From Myxococcales bacterium SG8_38 (GTDB lineage Bacteria; Myxococcota_A; Polyangia; Polyangiales; Houyiibacteriaceae): a DNA stretch of 64,000 nucleotides. The stretch lies in the NCBI GenBank assembly GCA_001303415.1, contig LJTN01000008.1, positions 4,695-68,694 on the forward strand. The letters are read 5' to 3'. The notes below the pieces were generated by a model, which saw nothing but the letters and a program-made list of their open reading frames with translations, ran no database searches and was not told where the DNA came from. Positions 56,793 through 64,000 of the stretch are shown here, one piece after another. The translations under genes were made by a program, and so were the position numbers. The stretch's first letter is position 1, and each line of letters starts with the position of its first letter.

Positions 56793-57827
56793 TCAGGCCT
56801 GCGCGACGAACTCGTGGCGGGGCTCGCGCGGGTGTTGAAGCGCACGCGCCAAGAACGCGTGCTGCTCGCGCCAGCATCGTCGCGCCTGCCGTCGCCACAC
56901 GAATGCGTGGAATGCGTGAAGCTCGCCTTCGTAGTACCGCGCCTCGCACTCGACACCCATCGCCTTGAGCGCCCGGTCCAAGCGCCTCGTGTCATCGAGC
57001 AGCGGATCGCGCGTGCCAATGGGGACGAAGAAGGCGGGAAGGGCGCGGTCCGGCCGTTCGCGCCGTTCGAAGACATGGAGCGGGTCGGCCAGGTCGAGCT
57101 CGCCGGGCGTGGGGTCATGAAGCGTTCCGACGTAGGCGTCGTTGATGCCCTCCAAAATGTCGTTGACCCATCGCGGGAGCTTGCGTTTGCGGTTCAGCCG
57201 TGCGGGGTTCGTGACTTGAAGCGGAGCGCAGGCCGGAACCACGGCAGTGGGAACGAGCCCGGTCGCGAAGGCGCGTTGCGCGAACGGCTCCGGCCGGCGA
57301 TAGCAGCAACAGATCGTGAGCGCCGTCGCGAGATTGCCACCCGCGGACTCGCCGGCAAAGACCAAACGGCTGAGGTCGCCGCCATACGCTTCGGCGTTTT
57401 CGGAGACCCATTCGAGCGCGGCGCAGACGTCGGAGACGGCTGCGGGATAGGGATGTTCGGGCGCCAGACGGTAGTCGACGTTGAAGACCAGGTAACCGGC
57501 ACGGGCGAACGCGAGGCCCATCAGCCAGTGCGTGTCCTTCGAAAGGAGATGAAAGCCGCCCCCGTGGATGTAGATCACCACCGGCAGCGCTTCGGAGCGC
57601 CTCGTGGGACGGTAGATGTCGAGGGTGTGTCGAGGATTGCCGGTCCGAAGATACTCGACGTCCCTGATCACCTGTACACCATGCTTGGCCGGATTCGCCA
57701 TCGGATGGAGCCGGCCGAGGCGGGATAGGCTCCCGAAGAAGCCTTCGCCGACCATCGTGTTGACCTGGTGACGGAGCGCTTTGCGCGTGCGCTGAAGACA
57801 AGACATCTCGGAAGGCTTGCGCGTCAT
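56793..57827 (-). CDS. Alpha/beta hydrolase (hormone-sensitive-lipase-type esterase)
   Basis: Oxyanion motif IHGGGF and nucleophile elbow GESAGG. ATG 57827 is chosen over the longer track ORF. Confidence 0.85.
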   Translation of the reverse strand: MTRKPSEMSCLQRTRKALRHQVNTMVGEGFFGSLSRLGRLHPMANPAKHGVQVIRDVEYLRTGNPRHTLDIYRPTRRSEALPVVIYIHGGGFHLLSKDTHWLMGLAFARAGYLVFNVDYRLAPEHPYPAAVSDVCAALEWVSENAEAYGGDLSRLVFAGESAGGNLATALTICCCYRRPEPFAQRAFATGLVPTAVVPACAPLQVTNPARLNRKRKLPRWVNDILEGINDAYVGTLHDPTPGELDLADPLHVFERRERPDRALPAFFVPIGTRDPLLDDTRRLDRALKAMGVECEARYYEGELHAFHAFVWRRQARRCWREQHAFLARALQHPREPRHEFVAQA

Positions 57828-57931
57828 TTCCCCATGATAACACGGCTTAGGAGCGGACGACGCGTTCTTGCGGGTTTGGGGCGAGCGCCTGTTTTCTTGC
57901 TTCTGGGCTCCGCCTCGGCGTATGGCCTGAG

Positions 57932-58321
57932 TTGATGGGTGGTGGCATTCCGCGAGCAAGCGCTGCGATGGCGGTGGCGCTGCTGGCGCTCGGTACGGCC
58001 GGAGCGGCAGCTGCCGGATCGAGCGGGCAGCTCGACGCGTTCGTCGTTCGCGAGACGATTCGAAAGGACTTGCCGCGGATCCATCGCTGCTACGAATCGG
58101 CGCTTCGCGACGAGCCCGAGCTGGCGGGCAAGGTGTCGGTGCGCTTTGCTGTTCTGCGCAAGGGACACGTGCAGGCGGTGCAGGTCATCGAGAACACCAC
58201 GGGCAATCCAGCCGTCGAGCGCTGCGTGGCGCGCGTGGTGAGCGCCATCCAGTTTCCGAGCCGGCGCACTGGCAAGAGCCTCCGGTTCACGTTCCCATTC
58301 GTGTTCGCGCCGCAGGACTGA
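57932..58321 (+). CDS. Secreted AgmX/PglI C-terminal-domain (TonB-C-like) protein
   Basis: 129 aa with a signal peptide. The pattern I..CYE.AL...P.L.GKV.V.F.....G.V.......T.G....E.C....V..I.FP matches the myxobacterial AgmX/PglI-type domain as I recall it. Confidence 0.58.
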   Translation: MMGGGIPRASAAMAVALLALGTAGAAAAGSSGQLDAFVVRETIRKDLPRIHRCYESALRDEPELAGKVSVRFAVLRKGHVQAVQVIENTTGNPAVERCVARVVSAIQFPSRRTGKSLRFTFPFVFAPQD

Positions 58322-58392
58322 ATCCCGAGCAGCATGGGTCAAAAGTTTACATAATATAGCTTCTGCGAAATTGTTGCTCTAAGCCCCAGTCA

Positions 58393-60036
58393 CTAACGTC
58401 CCTCCTCCGACAGATCGAATTGGACGGTGCGTCGCTGGCCCGGTTTCAGCCGCACCAGCTTCGTCTTCGAAGGCTTGCCCTGACCGGCGCTCACCTTGTG
58501 GGGGCCGGGAGGCAACGCGAGGTTGTCGATCGGGGCCCGGCCCCGCGCTTTGCCGTCGATCCACACGTCACCCCAGGGAAACACCGCAACGGAGACTCGC
58601 CCCGGCTTGGGAGCTGGTGGCGCGGATTCGGCCACCGCGTCGTCGGTCGACCGTGGCTCGCTCGGTGATGCGTCTGCAGGCGCAGTGCCGGCCGCTGGCT
58701 CGCCTGTGGACTTCGCAGCGGTCTCCGTGTCGGCCGCTTGTGCGGGCGGAGGCTCGGGAGCCGTGGCGGGCGTCGGATCGGCCGCGGGCGCGCCCCGTTC
58801 TTCGACCACCTGTGACGTTGCGGGTGCGCCGGCATCTTCGCCCTGATTGGCCTGATTGCGCCAGAGCCCGATCCCCGCAGCGATGATCAACACGAGCGCG
58901 CCCGCCAACCAGCCCCGCCGCGACGGTGCTTTCGGATCGGGTGCAGGCACTGGCGCACGTGCGTCCTCTTTAGCGCCGCCGAGAGAGCTGCTCGCGGATG
59001 CGACCCCGCTCGTGTCACGCTTGGGCTCGCCGCTCGCCTCGGTGGGCGTGCTGCCGCTGATCGGATTCTGCGGCGGAACCGAGGGCAAAGACGCACGCAC
59101 TTCGGAGACCAACTTTCCGAGCTCTCGCCGCTCGCGCGGCGACGGCACGTAGGGGTCGAGCATCTCGAGCACCGCCGACGCGCTCTCGGGCCGTGCGTCT
59201 CGATCGGGTTCGAGGAGCTGCTCGATCACCTCCGCGAGACCTGGCGGCGTCTCTGGTGCGACCTCGAGAAGTGGCCGCCGGTCTCCTTGCAGGATCTGCA
59301 TGATGGTCCCGGGGTCGTGGTCTCCCTGAAAGGGACGGTGGCCGGCCAACGACTCGTACAAAACGACGCCGAGCGCGAAGAGATCCGCGCGACCGTCGAG
59401 CGACTCGGAGCGGAGTTGCTCCGGGGACATGTAGGGCACCTTGCCCTTCACCGCGCTCTGCTGCCGTGCAGTGCCCGTGATCGCCTTCGCAACCCCGAAG
59501 TCGGTGAGAAGGATCTCGCCGCGAAGGCTCACCAACACGTTCGAGGGAGAGAGGTCGCGGTGAATGATCACGTTGTCGGAGGCTCCGTCAGACGACCCGT
59601 CACGCCGCGGGTCGTGCGCATGCTCGAGCGCGGCCGCGATGTCGTGCCCGACGAGGGCCGTGTGCTCGGGGGCGATCCGCGAACCCGGCTGGGCATCGAG
59701 GAGCGTCGCGAGGTCCGTTCCATCGACGAGCTCGAGCGCGATGTAGGTGACCCCGTCGATCTCTCCGAAGTCGATGACCCCGACCACGCTGCTGTGACGA
59801 AGCTTCGCCGCGAGGCGCGCCTCCCGCTTGAAGAGCGTCAAGAAGTCCTCGCGATCTCGAAAGAACGGGAGCACCAGCTTCAGGCAAACGCGCTGCGTGA
59901 AGCCGCCCGGGCCTTTGCGGATCGCCTCGTAGGTTTCCGCCATGCCGCCGACGCCGAGGCGACGAACCAGCGTGTACGGTCCGAACTCTCGGCGACCCGG
60001 ATCGCCAGACGACGTATCGAAGCGTGCGTTGTCCAT
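58393..60036 (-). CDS. Ser/Thr protein kinase with a Pro/Ala-rich linker, TM segment and C-terminal PEGA-like domain
   Basis: Hanks kinase: GVGGMAETYEA, VCLKLV, HRDLSPSN, DFG, SPE. TM segment WLAGALVLIIAAGIGLW. C-terminal VSVAVFPWGDVWIDGKARGRAP...PPGPHKV. ATG 60036 is chosen. Confidence 0.9.
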   Translation of the reverse strand: MDNARFDTSSGDPGRREFGPYTLVRRLGVGGMAETYEAIRKGPGGFTQRVCLKLVLPFFRDREDFLTLFKREARLAAKLRHSSVVGVIDFGEIDGVTYIALELVDGTDLATLLDAQPGSRIAPEHTALVGHDIAAALEHAHDPRRDGSSDGASDNVIIHRDLSPSNVLVSLRGEILLTDFGVAKAITGTARQQSAVKGKVPYMSPEQLRSESLDGRADLFALGVVLYESLAGHRPFQGDHDPGTIMQILQGDRRPLLEVAPETPPGLAEVIEQLLEPDRDARPESASAVLEMLDPYVPSPRERRELGKLVSEVRASLPSVPPQNPISGSTPTEASGEPKRDTSGVASASSSLGGAKEDARAPVPAPDPKAPSRRGWLAGALVLIIAAGIGLWRNQANQGEDAGAPATSQVVEERGAPAADPTPATAPEPPPAQAADTETAAKSTGEPAAGTAPADASPSEPRSTDDAVAESAPPAPKPGRVSVAVFPWGDVWIDGKARGRAPIDNLALPPGPHKVSAGQGKPSKTKLVRLKPGQRRTVQFDLSEEGR

Positions 60037-60197
60037 GGGTTGTTGAGTCAGTGTCGACGCCCGGCGAGCGCGTGCGTCGGTCGTGCAGTGTAGGCGCAAA
60101 GGCGCCCGATGAGTAGCGAGCGGCTGCGCTCGGGCGCGCGCGGAGCACTGCGCACGCGTTGGATTCGGGGTGACGACGAGCGTCCACCCCACCCCAA

Positions 60198-61823
60198 TCA
60201 ACGCTCTCGGCGTCGGCGACGAAACTGGTCCGCTTCGATCTGGAGCGTCGCCATGCGGCTGATCAACCCCGTCCGCGAGAGCGACAAGACGCGGGCCGCG
60301 CGCGCCACGAAGCCTTCACACGCCGCCAAGGTCTCTTCGATGACCGCTTTCTCGGCGGCCTCGAGATCGTCCCGTGTCTCCAGGATCTTCTGCCAGCGCG
60401 TGGCGATGTCGCCGCCCTCGAACGCATCGGACCACTCTGCAGCTGGAGGAGGCGGCGACGAGGTGTCCGCGGGCAGATCAAAATGCCCGGCATCGATGAT
60501 GGGGTCTCGTCTGTCGCTTGCGCGTGCACGGTTTCGAGCCCGCTCCAGCACGGCTTCCAGCTCGCGGATGTTTCCTTCCCAGGGCAGATGCGGAGAGGTC
60601 AAGAGGTCCAGCGCGTCCGCAGAGAGCTCCCACCCCGCCTGGCTATCCACGTGATGAAGATAGAGCGTCGCGATCTGGGGGATGTCTTGTCGGCGCTCGC
60701 GGAGCGGAGGAAGGACGATGGGGACCGTTGCGAGCCGGTAGTAGAGGTCTTGGCGAAAGCGCCGTTCTTTGATTGCCTGTTGCACGTCGCCGTTGGTCAC
60801 CGAGATCAGTCGAACCTTCGCGGTCTTCGGTTCGCGGCCCTGATAGCCCAGCGGTCGATAGAGCCCGAATTGGGTGAAGTCGAGTAGCAGCTTCTGCGCG
60901 TTCGACGGCAGGTTGAGCACCTCGTCGAGAATCAACGTCCCCCCATCGGCGTGCTCGACGAGGCCCTTTCGCTTCGACACCGCGCCAGAGAACGCTCCTC
61001 GCTCGTGACCGAAGAGCTCCGATGTGATCGTGTTGAGGTCGTCCGCCATGCCGAGCGTCGCGCGCACGATGGGTTCTTGGCGCGTAGCCCGAGCGAACGC
61101 GGTGCCGAGTTGCGTCTTGCCGGTACCCGATTCCCCGAGAATCATGATCGAAGCGCCGCTCTGCATCGCCGCCCTCAGCTCTTCACGAATGCTGCGCATG
61201 CTCTCGGGCGCGAGGATCTGGTCGAGCTCCAGATAGCTCTCGTGTCGGTCGGTCGCGCGCTCGACCATCAAATCTTCCGACGTCGTTTCGATGCGGGTTT
61301 GTTGGGCGATCATGCCACCGAGAAGCACAGCCACGGCCTCGATGAAAGCGAGGATCTCGGGCTGCCTGCCCTGATCTCCGGCAAACTCGAGGTACATCGC
61401 GCCGACGAACTCGCACGTCTTCGCGCTGGTGTCGGGCTCCGACCAAAGAGGCACGGCCGCGTACGACCCGACGTCGGCGTAGGGCACCCGGCCGGCGGTC
61501 GTGACCCGCTCGCCCTGCACGCGCCCGAGGACCTCGGTGACATGTTGCGCCAAGACCGCCGGGGAGACGCCCTCAAAGCTCGCAGTGCGCGATCGATGGA
61601 GCGGCCCATGACCCTTCGTTTCGAGCGTGCTCCACGCGGAGCTCGCGCCGAGCTCGACGCAGAGAGCCTCGAGGGCCTCCTCGATGAAACGACCGCTTCT
61701 GAGCCCCGAGACCAGTGCGTCGATCACGCTCCGAACGCGGGGCCACGGCGCGCTGTCGTCGATCACCGGCACGCCAGGGGGAATAACACACCCCGGTGGG
61801 AGTGTCCCCCCTTCAACAGTCAT
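60198..61823 (-). CDS. Sigma-54-dependent transcriptional activator with a GAF-like N-terminal sensor domain
   Basis: AAA+ domain (GESGTGKTQLG; ERGAFSGA; DEVLNL), C-terminal HTH (ARAARVLSLSRTGLISRM) and no receiver domain. ATG 61823 follows GGAG. The track's GTG at 61850 is an alternative. Confidence 0.88.
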   Translation of the reverse strand: MTVEGGTLPPGCVIPPGVPVIDDSAPWPRVRSVIDALVSGLRSGRFIEEALEALCVELGASSAWSTLETKGHGPLHRSRTASFEGVSPAVLAQHVTEVLGRVQGERVTTAGRVPYADVGSYAAVPLWSEPDTSAKTCEFVGAMYLEFAGDQGRQPEILAFIEAVAVLLGGMIAQQTRIETTSEDLMVERATDRHESYLELDQILAPESMRSIREELRAAMQSGASIMILGESGTGKTQLGTAFARATRQEPIVRATLGMADDLNTITSELFGHERGAFSGAVSKRKGLVEHADGGTLILDEVLNLPSNAQKLLLDFTQFGLYRPLGYQGREPKTAKVRLISVTNGDVQQAIKERRFRQDLYYRLATVPIVLPPLRERRQDIPQIATLYLHHVDSQAGWELSADALDLLTSPHLPWEGNIRELEAVLERARNRARASDRRDPIIDAGHFDLPADTSSPPPPAAEWSDAFEGGDIATRWQKILETRDDLEAAEKAVIEETLAACEGFVARAARVLSLSRTGLISRMATLQIEADQFRRRRRER

Positions 61824-61895
61824 CCGTCGCGCTCCGGCAGATTCGCTCACGCGTGCGCGTGAGGAGCAACGCGCGCCGAAAAACGACGTCCGTCG

Positions 61896-63605
61896 TCAGA
61901 ACGAGCCAGCGACCCCGACGACTCCACCCCGCTTACCGGCAACCACTCTTGGCCGCACTTCGACCTTCGGCTTTCGGCCGCCGCGTCGCAGGAGGTACAC
62001 GAGCGGCATGGTCAGAAGTGGTGCCGCCGTGGCGCCCAAGAGGATCGCCCGGTCGGTATCGCGCTTCCGGCTCACGCAGGCGGTCGGGTCCTGGCCGTTC
62101 ACTTCACACGATTCGTTGGGTTTGGGCGAGGCGGTGGTCGCAGAGACGATCGAGCCGACCGCCGCGGCGATCCCCAGGCCGCCGTTCAACCACGCCCACC
62201 ACGGTGTCTTCTCGTGCATGGGAAGCACCATCGGCATTGCAGCGACGAGGAAACCGCCGCCGACGGACCCCGCCGCGATCAACGGGATCTGCAGGTCGAG
62301 CCAGCTCGCCTGAAGGCTCAGGTCGTTGGGATCCCCGATCCAATCATCGCCCGCGGACCTCCGTACGAGGAGCAAGCTCCACCCGCCGGCGAGCGACGCG
62401 GTGCCAACGGATGCGAGCGTCACCCCTGTGATGAACAAGGGCCGAGGCGTGACGCGCTTGCTGACGACCACCTCAGGCACGGCCGCAAGGATCGGTTCGC
62501 CGGTTCGGCAATCGATCTCGCGGGGCGTCCCATGGGTGAAATCGGTGCATCGACCGGCAAGAAGCGCCTCCACGGCCTGGTTCATCACGTTCTGCTCCGG
62601 CCCGGTCGAGGAGGTCGGGAGCCGAACGATGGAGGATTCCGTCTGGGTCGCGAGCTCTACCTCGAGCTGCAACACGCTGGGACCCACCAAGGACGCGATG
62701 ATGACCGCCGAGGCTGGCAAGGACCGGGCGACCTCGCGCGCGTGCCGCGCGAGGTCCTGGGGATCGGGCGCCTGGTCATAATGCAGATAGAGCAGTGTGG
62801 ACGATCGCACGGCACGGTCGAAGTGATCGATCACGAAGAGGCTCTGCGGACCGAGCGGCACCTCGACGCGGTGCACGCGAGCCGGTTCGTCAGGACGGCA
62901 CTCGACCTGCACCTGGTAGCTCCCCGGGTAGAGATTGTCGGACGCCATCGGGGTCTTGCCGATGCGCGTGCCGTTGATCCGCAGGTCGCAGCCGGCAGGT
63001 TCGCTCTCGACGATGAGGGTCCCTCCTCGGGCCGCGCTCGGCTTTTGTGCGGCCTCGAACGAGTCGATGATCGACGGAGGATGGACGCGCGGGTTCGGCG
63101 ACGCGGCGGGGGCAAGGCGGACGCATTCCTGCACCTGCCGTTCCGCTGCGTCCAGGTCGCCGTTGTCGCGGTACGCGCGGGCCAGGTAGAGGCATGCGTC
63201 GAGCACGAGGGCCGCACTGTCGACATCACGATTGAGGACGACGAGGTTCTGCTCGGCAAACATCTGTACGGCCTCGAGCTCCGAAAGCGCGAGCGACCGA
63301 TCCCCGAGCACGATGTCCCGGAACGCGGTTTGCGCGCGTGCTGCCCACGCGGCGATCTCGTCGTCGCTCGGCGCCGGCGGCTCGAAGGAGCCTCGTTCTC
63401 GAAAGACGGAAAGCGCGGCGTTGGGAAGCCACACGCCGATGCCTTGACGCCGGAGAGCTCGGTTCGCGGCCTGCACCGTCGGCTCCATCCAGGGCGCTTC
63501 GGCCGGCTCCGTCGTGGTGGGGAGAACCAGCCAATCCTCGGTCTGTGCAAGGGCGCTTGGTAGCGCGCACAGCCAAAGGGCCGTTACCATCACCACCCAT
63601 CGCAT
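61896..63605 (-). CDS. PEGA-domain membrane protein
   Basis: 569 aa. Signal peptide MRWVVMVTALWLCALPSALA, PEGA-type segment LIVESEPAGCDLRINGTRIGKTP...YPGSYQVQVE, and several C-terminal TM helices. Confidence 0.7.
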   Translation of the reverse strand: MRWVVMVTALWLCALPSALAQTEDWLVLPTTTEPAEAPWMEPTVQAANRALRRQGIGVWLPNAALSVFRERGSFEPPAPSDDEIAAWAARAQTAFRDIVLGDRSLALSELEAVQMFAEQNLVVLNRDVDSAALVLDACLYLARAYRDNGDLDAAERQVQECVRLAPAASPNPRVHPPSIIDSFEAAQKPSAARGGTLIVESEPAGCDLRINGTRIGKTPMASDNLYPGSYQVQVECRPDEPARVHRVEVPLGPQSLFVIDHFDRAVRSSTLLYLHYDQAPDPQDLARHAREVARSLPASAVIIASLVGPSVLQLEVELATQTESSIVRLPTSSTGPEQNVMNQAVEALLAGRCTDFTHGTPREIDCRTGEPILAAVPEVVVSKRVTPRPLFITGVTLASVGTASLAGGWSLLLVRRSAGDDWIGDPNDLSLQASWLDLQIPLIAAGSVGGGFLVAAMPMVLPMHEKTPWWAWLNGGLGIAAAVGSIVSATTASPKPNESCEVNGQDPTACVSRKRDTDRAILLGATAAPLLTMPLVYLLRRGGRKPKVEVRPRVVAGKRGGVVGVAGSF

Positions 63606-63710
63606 CTCAGCGACTATCCCCCACGGGCTTCACATTTTCCAGATCCATCGACGCCTGGAGGCCCCGGCCCGCGACGCGACGATGTGCTCCGTCGCGGGCT
63701 GCAGGGAACC

Positions 63711-63917
63711 TCAGCCGTTGTGCGCGCTGACCTCCACGACGGGGTTGCTCCGTGCCTGATCCTGGGCGGGCTCGCTGGTCAGCGCGATGAGGGCAAGCGA
63801 GACGATGGCCGCCAGCGCGACCGGGAGGATGCTCCCCTGGACCTTGGATGCGATGTACTCGGCGCGCTGCTGCTTGGCCTTGTTGACGATGGCGTTGATG
63901 TCGGCGGTGCTGTTCAT
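63711..63917 (-). CDS. Small single-pass membrane protein
   Basis: 68 aa from ATG 63917, 8 nt after AGGAG. One TM helix (ILPVALAAIVSLALIAL). Confidence 0.4.
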   Translation of the reverse strand: MNSTADINAIVNKAKQQRAEYIASKVQGSILPVALAAIVSLALIALTSEPAQDQARSNPVVEVSAHNG

Positions 63918-64000
63918 GACTAATTCTCCTCGTGGTTTGCTGTGCCGTTGCGGCATGCGAGGAGGAAGTGCAGGAGCTGTGCCAACTCGAAATACGCGGG

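Noticed and set aside
56162-57118. 318-aa minus-strand ORF covering the GbsR-like gene and the esterase 3' end
   Set aside because: The translation is low-complexity Ser/Arg/Pro. Both the plus-strand wHTH protein and the esterase frame are better supported.
62214-63563. 449-aa ORF antisense to the PEGA membrane protein gene
   Set aside because: Arg/Gly-rich shadow ORF. The sense frame has a signal peptide, PEGA motif and TM helices.
63626-63642. GG-N10-GC element (CTGGAAAATGTGAAGCC on the minus strand) upstream of the PEGA membrane protein gene as a sigma-54 promoter
   Set aside because: The -12 region reads AAGC rather than TTGC, and the element ends only ~20 nt before the ATG, leaving almost no leader. 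It is probably a chance match.
1-64000. Search by eye for CRISPR arrays, tRNA/rRNA genes, IS elements, integrases, phage genes, toxin-antitoxin pairs and known defence-system signatures
   Set aside because: No spaced direct-repeat arrays were seen. Apart from the 189-nt pilin spacer (53134..53321), the intergenic gaps are about 160 nt or shorter, and none shows tRNA-like structure. No transposase, integrase or nuclease-type ORFs were recognised. This was not an exhaustive computational scan, so small ncRNAs cannot be excluded.

Overview
Strongly GC-rich, gene-dense chromosomal segment that looks myxobacterial. Evidence for that: an MglA-type GTPase, a MYXO-CTERM-like sorting tail, PEGA domains, an AgmX/PglI-type domain, a Ser/Thr kinase next to a sigma-54 activator, and many lipoproteins. 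I call about 55 protein-coding genes. By eye I found no rRNA, tRNA, CRISPR array, transposase or integrase. Clear housekeeping genes are tsaE, carB, greA, recG, rpmB, an RluA-family pseudouridine synthase, prkA, nnr, an ECF sigma factor, a rhodanese-MoeB fusion, clpS-clpA-aat and a cobA/hemD fusion. Most long off-frame or antisense ORFs in the track are high-GC shadow ORFs and are rejected. The regions most worth a second look: (1) a pilin island at 51009..55766 with a PilR-like sigma-54 activator, a near-consensus -24/-12 promoter and four pilin-like paralogs sharing a DxDxDG loop, with no pilus machinery in the window; (2) a Ser/Thr kinase (atypical HRDLSPSN loop) / GAF-sigma-54 activator (GAFSGA) / PEGA membrane protein block at 58393..63605; (3) an uncharacterised three-gene operon of two tiny membrane proteins plus an unknown 261-aa protein, set among lipid/quinone-type enzymes that include a bacterial Coq4 homolog; (4) an MglA paralog with a C-terminal extension and no MglB partner; (5) a giant TPR protein of more than 2,680 aa, truncated by the window edge, with a non-TPR C-terminal domain. 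All functional calls rest on motif recognition by eye. No database search was run.
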